Source of the DNA: an uncultured Chloroflexia bacterium
Lineage (GTDB): Bacteria; Chloroflexota; Limnocylindria; Limnocylindrales; CSP1-4
Direction: 5' to 3'
Length of the DNA: 64,000 bases
Assembly: GCA_963768655.1 (NCBI GenBank)
Contig: CAVYIM010000009.1
Span: forward strand, 192,001-256,000
Position numbers and translations under genes: made by a program. Below, in pieces: positions 29,063-37,391 of the stretch. The stretch's first letter is position 1. Each line of letters starts with the position of its first letter. Under the pieces are notes generated by a model. It did not search any database, was not told the DNA's origin, and saw only the letters and a list, made by a program, of their open reading frames with translations.

Positions 29063-30082
29063 ATGCCGGGTCTATCGACTGTCTGGTTCGTGCTCCTGGG
29101 CGTCCTCTTCGGCGGCTATGCGGTGCTCGACGGCTTCGATCTCGGTGCCGGCATCGTCCACCTGTATGTCGCCCGGACCGACCTCGAGCGGCGGCAGGTG
29201 CTCAACTCGATCGGCCCGGTCTGGGACGGCAACGAAGTCTGGCTCATCACCGCCGGCGGCGCGCTCTTCGCCGCTTTCCCGATCGTCTACGCGACCGTCT
29301 TATCGGGCTTCTACCTGGCGATGATGCTCGTCCTCGCGAGCCTGATCCTGCGCGCGATCTCGATCGAGTACCGAGGCAAGGAAACGGCGACCTGGTGGCG
29401 GACCGGCTGGGACGTGGGCTTCTCGGTTGGGTCCGCGCTCGCGGCGCTGCTTCTGGGCGTGGCGCTCGGCAACCTGCTGAACGGCGTCGCGCTCGGCGCC
29501 GACGGAGTCTATCGGGGCGGCTTCGTCGGCCTGCTCAGCCCGATCTCGCTGGTCGTGGGCGTCCTGACTCTCGCCCTCGCCACCCAGCAAGGCTCGGCCT
29601 GGCTCGTTCTCAAGACCGAGGGCGATCTGGCGGAGCGGGCCCGCCGAGTCCAGATGGGAGCCCAGATCGTGGTCGTCGTCGCCTGGCTCGCGGCCACGGC
29701 CCTGGCCTTCGCCGGTTCGCTGCCGGCGGTCGACAACTTCAAGACCAACCTGGCCGCCTGGATCGGGCCGGTGCTGGTGGTGAACGCGATCTTCTTCGGT
29801 TTCCGGGCGACGCTCATCGGCCAGGCGTTCCGGGCGTTCATCTGCTCTTGCCTGACGATCCTCTTCCTGGCCATCACCGCGGCGACGGCGCTCTACCCGA
29901 ACCTGGTTCCGGCCGTTGTGCGGGCTCGCAGCCTGACGGTCGACAACGCCCACTCCTCGGACCTGACCATGCAGGTCATGTTGATCGTGGCCGTGATCGG
30001 AATGCCGATCGTCCTCGCCTACACGTCCTATATCTACTGGAAGTTCAAGGGCAAGGTGCGGCTGGGCGAGGCGAGCTACTGA
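29063..30082 (+). CDS. cydB: Cytochrome bd ubiquinol oxidase subunit II
   Basis: LDGFDLGAG, IGPVWDGNEVWLITAGGALFAAFP. Confidence 0.97.
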   Translation: MPGLSTVWFVLLGVLFGGYAVLDGFDLGAGIVHLYVARTDLERRQVLNSIGPVWDGNEVWLITAGGALFAAFPIVYATVLSGFYLAMMLVLASLILRAISIEYRGKETATWWRTGWDVGFSVGSALAALLLGVALGNLLNGVALGADGVYRGGFVGLLSPISLVVGVLTLALATQQGSAWLVLKTEGDLAERARRVQMGAQIVVVVAWLAATALAFAGSLPAVDNFKTNLAAWIGPVLVVNAIFFGFRATLIGQAFRAFICSCLTILFLAITAATALYPNLVPAVVRARSLTVDNAHSSDLTMQVMLIVAVIGMPIVLAYTSYIYWKFKGKVRLGEASY

Positions 30083-30098
30083 CAACGAGCGGCGGCGC

Positions 30099-30136
30099 TC
30101 GCCCAATCGCCCAATCGCCCAATCGCCGAATCGCCA
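30099..30136. repeat. Short 8-bp tandem repeat TCGCCCAA (3 perfect + 2 degenerate copies)
   Basis: Read directly from the sequence. Confidence 0.85.
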
Positions 30137-30140
30137 TAGC

Positions 30141-30490
30141 GCCGCCGCGGGAACGGCACCTCCGCCGCCGCGGGAACGGCACCTCCGCCGCCGCGGGAAC
30201 GGCACCTCCGCCGCCGCGGGAACGGCACCTCCGCCGCCGCGGGAACGGCACCTCCGCCGCCGCGGGAACGGCACCTCCGCCGCCTCGGGAACGGCACCTC
30301 CGCCGCCGCGGGAACGGCACCTCCGCCGCCGCGGGAACGGCACCTCCGCCGCCGCGGGAACGGCACCTCCGCCGCCGCGGGAACGGCACCTCCGCCGCCG
30401 CGGGAACGGCACCTCCGCCGCCGCGGGAACGGCACCTCCGCCGCCGCGGGAACGGCACCTCCGCCGCCGCGGGAACGGCACCTCCGCCGC
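30141..30490. repeat. 23-bp tandem repeat GCCGCCGCGGGAACGGCACCTCC, 15 full copies + 5 nt
   Basis: Head-to-tail copies without spacers; one G>T variant at 30285. Confidence 0.97.
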
Positions 30491-30780
30491 TCGCCAAATT
30501 CCTCAATACGCATCGGGCGAGTGCTGAGTTGGGCGCCGCGGTGCAGCCGATCCATGACCCGGATCGGTGGCGTCATGGATACCCGTTGGCGGCTACCCGC
30601 CCGGTCTTCGTCGGTCGAATCCGGGCCCGCGAACCCGAATCCTCGACGCCGGAAGGCGCGGGTGGTGCGCAGTACTCACACCATGCGTGTCAGGGAATTC
30701 GGTGCGCCGCAACGCCGAGCGCGGCCTCGCTTCGGGCTTCGCTCCGGGCGGCGCTCCAGACGGCGCAGCCCGCTCGGCGG

Positions 30781-32277
30781 CTACCAGCGCGGGGCGATCT
30801 GTCCGTCGAGGAGGTCGCGGGGCGACACGCGCGGCCGGATGAGACAGGCATGGCCGCCGCGGACCGCCACCTCGACGGCGGTCGGATGCGATAGGAAGAA
30901 CGGCATCGACTCGGTGAAGCCGTAGGCGCCCGCGTCAAGGACGGCGACCAGATCGCCGACCTGGGGGCGTGGCAGCTTCGCCTGGAGTGAGAAGACGTCG
31001 ATGCCGGTACACAGCGGCCCGGCGACGGTCGTGGGAACGAGGTCGCGCGTGTCGGCGTCCGGAGCGAGGACCGCCAGGCGATGTTCCTGGCGCACGAGCG
31101 CGGGCCTGACGAGGTGGTGGATGCCACCGTCCAGGATCGCGACCGGTGCGTCCGGCGTGCCCTTGACGTCCACGACCCGGGCCAGGTACGCGCCCGCTGG
31201 ACCTACGAGGAATCGGCCCGGCTCCAGCAGCACTTCCATCTCGCGCAGGGCGGGGTCGCGATCCCAGCGGCCTCGCAACTCCTCCAGCCGCGAGCCCAGC
31301 AGGGCCAGGTCGAGCGGCTGCTCCCCGTCGGCGTAGGGGATCCCGAGACCGCCCCCAGCGTCGACCAGGCGGAGAGGGACGCCCGACGCTCCGGCCACTT
31401 CCTCGCCTACCGACACGAGCGCCGCCACGTGATCCGCGATGCGGCCGGCGTCGAGCACGTTGGAGGCGCCGAAAGCGTGGATGCCGAGCAGCTCCAGGTT
31501 CGGCGATTTCGCCGCGGCCGCGGCGGCTTCCTTCAGGACCGGCAGCGGCATGCCGAACTTTCCCGCGGCGCCGCCGATGAGGCGGACGCGCTCGAACTTC
31601 GCGTCGTCGGCGACGGACAGGCGGAGCATGATCGGCTGGCGGCGGCGAAGGCGCGCGGCGATCGCGTCGAGGCGGGTGAGCTCGCCGGGCGACTCGACGG
31701 TGACGACGCCGATGCAGGCCGTGACGGCGGCGGCGAGTTCGTCGTCGCGCTTGCCGGGGCCGGTCATGGCAATCGACACGGGGGCGAAGCCGGCTCGCAG
31801 AACTGCCTCCAGCTCACCGCCCGAGGCGACGTCCGCGCTTATGCCGGAGCCGGCGACGTGGGTCAGGACTCCGAGCGCGGGATTGGCCTTGACCGCGAAG
31901 GCGAGGCGGAAGCCGAACGGGAGGACGGCACCCAGGGCGTCGATGCGGCGGCCGATCAGGTCCAGGTCGTAGACGTAGAGAGGAGTGCCGAAGTCGGTGG
32001 CGAGCATGTGAGGCGCGAGGCCGGCCAGCAGGCCGTTGCGCAGCAAGTCGTCGATCGGAGGCGCCTCGGGCTCCGCCTTCGGTTCGACCGCCTGGGCCGC
32101 CGCCTTGGCCTCGACCGCCTGGGCCGCCGCCTGGGCCTCGACCGCCTGGGCCGCCGCGGGTTCGACCGCCTCGGGCTCCGCCTTCGGTTCGACCGCCTGG
32201 GCCGCCGCGGGTTCGACCGTCGGTTCGACTGCCTGCTCGACCGGCTTGGGTTCGACTGGCTCGTCCTCCGAAGTCAC
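30781..32277 (-). CDS. lysA: Diaminopimelate decarboxylase with repetitive N-terminal extension
   Basis: FGTPLYVYD, FAVKAN (PLP lysine), DVASGGE, KFG, GGGLG, EPGRFLV, GPLCT, AGAYG; last gene of dap operon. Confidence 0.88.
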   Translation of the reverse strand: MTSEDEPVEPKPVEQAVEPTVEPAAAQAVEPKAEPEAVEPAAAQAVEAQAAAQAVEAKAAAQAVEPKAEPEAPPIDDLLRNGLLAGLAPHMLATDFGTPLYVYDLDLIGRRIDALGAVLPFGFRLAFAVKANPALGVLTHVAGSGISADVASGGELEAVLRAGFAPVSIAMTGPGKRDDELAAAVTACIGVVTVESPGELTRLDAIAARLRRRQPIMLRLSVADDAKFERVRLIGGAAGKFGMPLPVLKEAAAAAAKSPNLELLGIHAFGASNVLDAGRIADHVAALVSVGEEVAGASGVPLRLVDAGGGLGIPYADGEQPLDLALLGSRLEELRGRWDRDPALREMEVLLEPGRFLVGPAGAYLARVVDVKGTPDAPVAILDGGIHHLVRPALVRQEHRLAVLAPDADTRDLVPTTVAGPLCTGIDVFSLQAKLPRPQVGDLVAVLDAGAYGFTESMPFFLSHPTAVEVAVRGGHACLIRPRVSPRDLLDGQIAPRW

Positions 32278-33098
32278 CGCAATGCCTCCTGCAGCGCGAC
32301 TCGCGCATCCGTGCGCACGTCCCGGTATTTCACCACGACCGCGGCCGAGAGGCCGATGCCGTTGCTCTCCGCGAACTGGCCCCGGGCCTGCCGCACTCCC
32401 GGAGCGACGACCGCGCCGGCGGGCACGACCAGCGGCTCGTCCAGCGTCCCGATCAGAACGCGGCCGTGGACCAGGTCGTAGAGGCGGCTCGTGCCCGTCA
32501 GGATGACCCCGGCCGCGATCACCGCGCCGCGCTTGACGAGCACGCCCTCGAGCAGCGCCGACTGGGCGCCGACGAAGACCTCGTCCTCGACGATGACCGG
32601 GCGGCGGCCGGCCGGCTCCAGCACGCCGCCGATCTGGACCGCGGCCGAAAGGTGGACGCGCGACCCGATCTGGGCGCACGAGCCGACCAGAACGTGGGAG
32701 TCGACCATCGTGCCCTCGCCGACCCAGGCCCCGACGTTGATGTAGGAGGGCGGCATTATCGTCACGCCGGGTCCGAGGTAGACGCCGCCACGGACCGTGG
32801 TGCCGCCGGGAACGACGCGCCACGGCTTGCCGGCCGCCGCCGCCGCGCGGGCCTCCGCGGAGTCGAGCAGGTCCTTCACCGGCAGCCCCACGCGGTCGCG
32901 GAACTGGAACGCGCCATCGAGGTCCCACGTTCGAGTCTCGCGGTTGGCGAAAAGACCCAGGATGGCCGACTGCACGGCCGGGTCGACGCGCCAGCCGCCG
33001 GGCGCGTCCGGGTCGGGGCAGGCCACCCGGATTCGGCCGGAGTCGAGGTCGGACAGGATCTGGGATGGAGTTCGGTCCTGCTCGGTTCGTTCGTTCAC
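32274..33098 (-). CDS. dapD: Tetrahydrodipicolinate N-succinyltransferase
   Basis: RVVPGG, MPPSYINVGAWV..GTMVDSHVLVGSCAQIG, IGGVLEP. Confidence 0.93.
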   Translation of the reverse strand: MNERTEQDRTPSQILSDLDSGRIRVACPDPDAPGGWRVDPAVQSAILGLFANRETRTWDLDGAFQFRDRVGLPVKDLLDSAEARAAAAAGKPWRVVPGGTTVRGGVYLGPGVTIMPPSYINVGAWVGEGTMVDSHVLVGSCAQIGSRVHLSAAVQIGGVLEPAGRRPVIVEDEVFVGAQSALLEGVLVKRGAVIAAGVILTGTSRLYDLVHGRVLIGTLDEPLVVPAGAVVAPGVRQARGQFAESNGIGLSAAVVVKYRDVRTDARVALQEALR

Positions 33099-33140
33099 GG
33101 CACCATCATCGCGCGGATCGACCGCTCGTTTCGGTCGAAG

Positions 33141-34190
33141 TCACGCGTGTGCCGTCGCAGTCGCCCGCACGATTGCCAGTCGCGCCGTCGAACGCTTCCG
33201 CGCACTCGGTCCGATCGAGCCGGCCGAGCTGCCGTCACCGCCGGCCCCGCTCTCGGCTCGGGCGCCGGCCGTTCCGTCGAGATCCAGGGCGCCGGTCGTC
33301 TCGAGGATCAGGCGCAGGCGGTTCCGATGCGCCTCCTCGAGCGGCAGCAGCGGCGGACGCACCATGTCCGTCGTCAGGCCCATCAGCGCCAGGGCCGCCT
33401 TGACCGGGACCGGGTTCGGCCCGCCGACGAAGTTGGCCTTCATCAGCGGCAGCCAGCGCTCGTGGATCCGGCGTGCCGTGTCCCAGTCGCCGGCGAACGC
33501 CGCGGCGCACATGGCCGCCATCTCACCGGGGATCTCGTTGGCGCAGGTGCAGATCACGCCGTCGCCGCCCATCGCCAGCATCGGCAGGGTCCAGACGTCG
33601 TCGCCGGCCATGACCGAGAAGCCGGCCGGCCGCTCGCGCAGGATGCCCGCGATCTGGTCCATGCTGGCCGAGGCTTCCTTGACGGCCACGATCCTGGGGT
33701 GCTCGGCCAGACGCATCAGGGTCGCCGGCTCGACGTTGACGCCGGTCCGGCTCGGGACGTTGTAGACGACGATCGGCAGGGCTCCGTCGTCGGCGATGGC
33801 CCGGAAGTGGGCCTCGATCATGCGCTGATCCGGTTTGTTGTAGTACGGGGCGACGCACATCGCCGCGTCGGCGCCGAGGCCCGCGGCGCGCCGAGTGGCG
33901 AGGATCGTGGCCGCGGTGTCGTTTAGCCCGGTGTTGGCGACGATCTTGACGCGGCATCGCGACGGGCGCTCGGAGGCGATCTCGGCGGCGGTGCCGACCA
34001 GCCACTCTCGCTCTTCGGGGCTGAGCGTCGGGCTTTCGCCGGTGCTGGCGGCCAGGACGAGGCCGTCGATGCAGGCGTCGAGCTGGCGGCGGACCAGCGC
34101 GTCGAATGCCGGCTTGTCGACGGCGCCGTCGAGCGTGAAGGGTGTGACGAGGGCCGTGAAGGCTCCTCGGATGTGTCGTGCTGGTGGCAT
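33141..34190 (-). CDS. dapA: 4-hydroxy-tetrahydrodipicolinate synthase
   Basis: TALVTPF, STGESPTL, PYYNKP, YNVPSRTG, VKEAS, PNPVPVK. Confidence 0.95.
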   Translation of the reverse strand: MPPARHIRGAFTALVTPFTLDGAVDKPAFDALVRRQLDACIDGLVLAASTGESPTLSPEEREWLVGTAAEIASERPSRCRVKIVANTGLNDTAATILATRRAAGLGADAAMCVAPYYNKPDQRMIEAHFRAIADDGALPIVVYNVPSRTGVNVEPATLMRLAEHPRIVAVKEASASMDQIAGILRERPAGFSVMAGDDVWTLPMLAMGGDGVICTCANEIPGEMAAMCAAAFAGDWDTARRIHERWLPLMKANFVGGPNPVPVKAALALMGLTTDMVRPPLLPLEEAHRNRLRLILETTGALDLDGTAGARAESGAGGDGSSAGSIGPSARKRSTARLAIVRATATAHA

Positions 34191-34224
34191 CGAGTCGCTC
34201 CTTGCTGGTGGCGCGTGTCTGGGG

Positions 34225-35019
34225 CTATCTGGGAGGGGCGGCGGCCGCGGCCGGCTGGGCTTTGGTGGCCGCGATCATGTCGTCGACGACTTCATCGAAT
34301 GTATGGAAGCCTGGCGAGCGCGGTTCGGCCCGCAGCCATTCGGCGGCCGTGACGGCGCCCGAGGCGTAGGCCGAGCGATCTCTTGCGGTGAGCCGCATCT
34401 CCAGGCTCTCGCCCGGTGCGTCGAAGCCGACGAGGTGCATTCCCGGAGCGGCTCCGGCCCGGATCACAGCCACGTCCAGCTCCTCGGGCGCGGGGGCGCC
34501 GTGGGCGAGCTGCTGGGCCACGCGCGTCTTGCGGGGGTGGGCGGCGATGAGCCGCCGCGACAGCTCGATGGCTGTTCCCGACGGGCGGTCCGCTTTGGTG
34601 CGGCGGTGCCACTCGACGATGTAAGGGTCGTAGTCCGCGAACGGGCCGAAGAGCCGGGCGGCCTCTTCGACGAGGCGGGCGAAGAGCATCACGCCCAGGC
34701 TGAAGTTGGCCGAGCCGACCGCGCTGGCCTCGCAGTCGGCCAGCAGATCGGCCACCGCGGCGCGATCGTCCGCCCAGCCGGTGGTGCCGATGACGAACTG
34801 GCGAATGCCTCCGGCCAGCGCTGCGCGAACGTTGGCCAGGACGGCATCGCCCTGGCTGAACTCGAACAGCACCTGGGCTCCGAGGAAGCGGCCAGGCTCG
34901 TGGCCGGCGGTCTGATCGACGGGCATGCCCAGGATCGCGCTCGGTGGCGTGCCGCGACCGGCGAGCACAGCCGCGACCGCTCGACCCATTCCGCCATCCC
35001 CGGCGACGATGCTCAACAT
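34225..35019 (-). CDS. dapB: 4-hydroxy-tetrahydrodipicolinate reductase
   Basis: GDGGMG, IGTTGW, NFSLGV, EWHRRTKADRPSGTA; GGAGG RBS. Confidence 0.93.
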   Translation of the reverse strand: MLSIVAGDGGMGRAVAAVLAGRGTPPSAILGMPVDQTAGHEPGRFLGAQVLFEFSQGDAVLANVRAALAGGIRQFVIGTTGWADDRAAVADLLADCEASAVGSANFSLGVMLFARLVEEAARLFGPFADYDPYIVEWHRRTKADRPSGTAIELSRRLIAAHPRKTRVAQQLAHGAPAPEELDVAVIRAGAAPGMHLVGFDAPGESLEMRLTARDRSAYASGAVTAAEWLRAEPRSPGFHTFDEVVDDMIAATKAQPAAAAAPPR

Positions 35020-35071
35020 TCCGGTGCCTCCAGTGTCGTCCCCCGACGGACCGCCCAGTCCGCGGACCGAT

Positions 35072-35116
35072 GAAAACAAGAGGGCCGCGGCACCAGCCCT
35101 CGGTGTCGCGGCCCTC
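35072..35116 (-). terminator. Intrinsic terminator (attenuator) in the dap operon leader
   Basis: Minus strand GAGGGCCGCGACACC-gagggct-GGTGCCGCGGCCCTC-TTGTTTT. Confidence 0.85.
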
Positions 35117-35162
35117 GGAGCCTTGCCCTGGCTCCGCGGTTCGTCTCGAACTCAGCAGAGCC

Positions 35163-35231
35163 TCAGGGCCGAGCCTCCCGGCTGGGCCGCCGACGCTTGG
35201 ACTTGGGCTTGGCGAGGATCTGAACGAACAT
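35163..35231 (-). CDS. Putative lysine-sensing leader peptide MFVQILAKPKSKRRRPSREARP (22 aa)
   Basis: Three clustered AAG codons; ATG 9 nt after a -10 box; followed by terminator and dapB. Confidence 0.72.
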   Translation of the reverse strand: MFVQILAKPKSKRRRPSREARP

Positions 35232-35240
35232 AGCCCGCGG

Positions 35241-35270
35241 ATTATGCACTACCGTCGCGACGATGCGCAA
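35241..35270 (-). promoter_or_regulatory. Sigma70-type promoter TTGCGC-N18-CATAAT of dap operon
   Basis: Motif match with TG near the -10; same geometry as met leader promoter. Confidence 0.65.
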
Positions 35271-35377
35271 GTGTTGCGGACACTATGCAGGCTGCATGGA
35301 GCGGTTATGCACCAGGGCATCCAGGGCGGATAGGACGTTCGAATCCAATCCCGGCCGGCCGGCCCGCCTGTCACTCG

Positions 35378-36328
35378 CTACAGAGGGCGCCGGCGTCGCA
35401 CCACGAGAGCCGTCAGGATCAGCAGACCGGCTGAGGCGGCCATCATTCCGGCCGAGTCGACCGCCTCGGCGAACGGGTGACACGATCCCGGAACGAGGCG
35501 ATTGACGATGGTCGATCCTGCGGGCGGCCAGATGCTGTTGCCGTTCGCGTCGACCTCGAATGGGCGTTCCAGGACCGACACGAGATCCCCCGACGGGAGG
35601 CGGACGAACTGGTCGAGTAGGATCGCGCCGTCGTAGTTCCCCGATGTCTCGTCCACCATCACCGCCTGGCTCGGGATCCAGGTCGCCTCGGCGACGAACG
35701 AAGTCACGGTCAAGACAAGCCCGAGCGCCGCGGCGACTATCAGCGCCGGCAGGACACGGCCCATGATCGCGCCGACCAGCACCGCGGCGGCGAAGACCAT
35801 GAACCCGATGGCGACCACATCGAGGCCGCGGCTGCTCTCGTCGTAGAAGGAGAGCAGAGGGTCCACATACGGTTGCCGAGCCCGCTGCAGCTCGGTCGCG
35901 GCGACGGCTGAGATCGAGAACAGGATCAACAGGATCACGGCCACGGGTCCGACCCGGCAGACGAGCCAGCGCGTTCGCGAGGGAGCGAGAGACCAGGCGA
36001 TGGCTGCGGTGCGTTCCTCGATCTCACGGGCAACGAGCGACACGCCGGCGAAGAGGCCGGCGACGGGGGCGATGCCACCGAAGATGCCCATGAGTGGGCT
36101 GGCCCACGTGGCGTCGATCTGGCGGAACCGGTCTTCTTGCGCCTGGCATGCAGCGAGAGCCGATCCGCCGACCGCAGCGCCCGGCAACGAGTCGAAGCAG
36201 GGCGCGGAGGCGGCGCGGAGGTTCGCCTCGATGATGAATGCCGCGATGGATGCCGCGGCGACCATTGCGGCCACTGCCAGCAGCGTGAAGCGATGGAGGC
36301 GGAGAGTCAGGTGAACCTGGGTCAGCAT
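35378..36328 (-). CDS. ABC-2 type exporter permease
   Basis: GVSLVAREIEERT..AWSLAPSRTRWL motif; multiple TM helices. Confidence 0.85.
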   Translation of the reverse strand: MLTQVHLTLRLHRFTLLAVAAMVAAASIAAFIIEANLRAASAPCFDSLPGAAVGGSALAACQAQEDRFRQIDATWASPLMGIFGGIAPVAGLFAGVSLVAREIEERTAAIAWSLAPSRTRWLVCRVGPVAVILLILFSISAVAATELQRARQPYVDPLLSFYDESSRGLDVVAIGFMVFAAAVLVGAIMGRVLPALIVAAALGLVLTVTSFVAEATWIPSQAVMVDETSGNYDGAILLDQFVRLPSGDLVSVLERPFEVDANGNSIWPPAGSTIVNRLVPGSCHPFAEAVDSAGMMAASAGLLILTALVVRRRRPL

Positions 36329-37260
36329 CAGTGCGGCCTTTCGGGGCCTGAGGCGGCGGGAGCGACGGCGGGGTCGGGCGTGGCGGCCCTCGCGGAGTCA
36401 GCGCGGGGGCGCCGGCCGCTGGCCAGATAGCCCAGGACGACTTCGTCGAGCGTGGCCGGCCGACCCCCCTCAGGAGCGCGCCACAGCGCCATCAGCTCGC
36501 CGGCCGGTTCGGGAAAGGTGGAGACGAGGCCGCCACCCAGGCGCTCGGCGGCGGCCGTGATCCGGTGGTACGCCACCGCCGCGGCCAGCGTGTCGTCGAG
36601 GAGAATGCGGCCGCAGCCCAGGACCACGAGCCGATCGCAGGCCGCCTCGATGTCGGTGATGACGTGCGACGACAGCAGCGCCGTCGATCCCTCGGCGCGA
36701 ACCGCGCTGACCAGGACGCCCAGGAACTCGCGCCGCGCCAGCGGGTCCAGAGCCGCCAGCGGCTCGTCGAGGAGCAGGACCTCGGGCCGCGTCCCGAGGG
36801 CGAGCGCCAGGCCGACCTGGGCCTGCTGGCCGCCGGATAGCTCGTCGGCGCGACGGTCGAGCGGGATGCCCAGTTCGTCCAGCCGGCGGCGGGCGACTGC
36901 GCGGTCGAAGCGCGGTCGCAGACTGGCCGCCATGTCGAGGTGGTGGTTGACGGTCAGCGAGCGGTAGAGAGACGCGTTCTGCGGAACGTAACCGATGTGT
37001 GCGATCGCCCTTCCGCGGTCACGCTGGGGATCGATGCCCATGACCGTCATGCGGCCGCTCGTCGGTCGCTCGAAGCCGACGAAGCCGCGGATCAGGGTCG
37101 ACTTGCCGGCGCCGTTCGGCCCGACGAGCGCCGTGATCGAGCCGGCGGGGATTGCCAGGTCCACGTCCCGCAGCGCCTCGGTCTGTCTCCCGAAGCGTCG
37201 CCGGTAGGTCTTGCCCAGCGCGAAGGCCTGCAGGCGCGGCGAGTCGATGGTAGTTGTCAC
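36328..37260 (-). CDS. ABC exporter ATP-binding protein
   Basis: GPNGAGKST, LSGGQQ, LLDEP; GGAGGAGG RBS before GTG. Confidence 0.93.
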   Translation of the reverse strand: MTTTIDSPRLQAFALGKTYRRRFGRQTEALRDVDLAIPAGSITALVGPNGAGKSTLIRGFVGFERPTSGRMTVMGIDPQRDRGRAIAHIGYVPQNASLYRSLTVNHHLDMAASLRPRFDRAVARRRLDELGIPLDRRADELSGGQQAQVGLALALGTRPEVLLLDEPLAALDPLARREFLGVLVSAVRAEGSTALLSSHVITDIEAACDRLVVLGCGRILLDDTLAAAVAYHRITAAAERLGGGLVSTFPEPAGELMALWRAPEGGRPATLDEVVLGYLASGRRPRADSARAATPDPAVAPAASGPERPH

Positions 37261-37391
37261 GGGTCCTCCTCCGACGAACGCGGCAACCGTATCGGCGCGA
37301 TCGTGCGGCGCCCATTGGGGAGAGCCCGAGGGGGCCATTGAGGGATTTCCCGCCATCATGGGCGCAGTCCCCGGTGCTACCGTTCGGCGCG

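Noticed and set aside
30141-30490. CRISPR array
   Set aside because: Units are directly adjacent with no unique spacers, and no cas genes are in the window
29300-30894. Long ORFs with 23-aa repeats crossing the tandem array
   Set aside because: By-products of a stop-free 23-bp repeat; they overlap cydB or lysA and lack credible starts
35020-35280. Lysine riboswitch or T-box upstream of dapB
   Set aside because: No recognisable L-box or T-box consensus; space is taken by a short ORF and terminator
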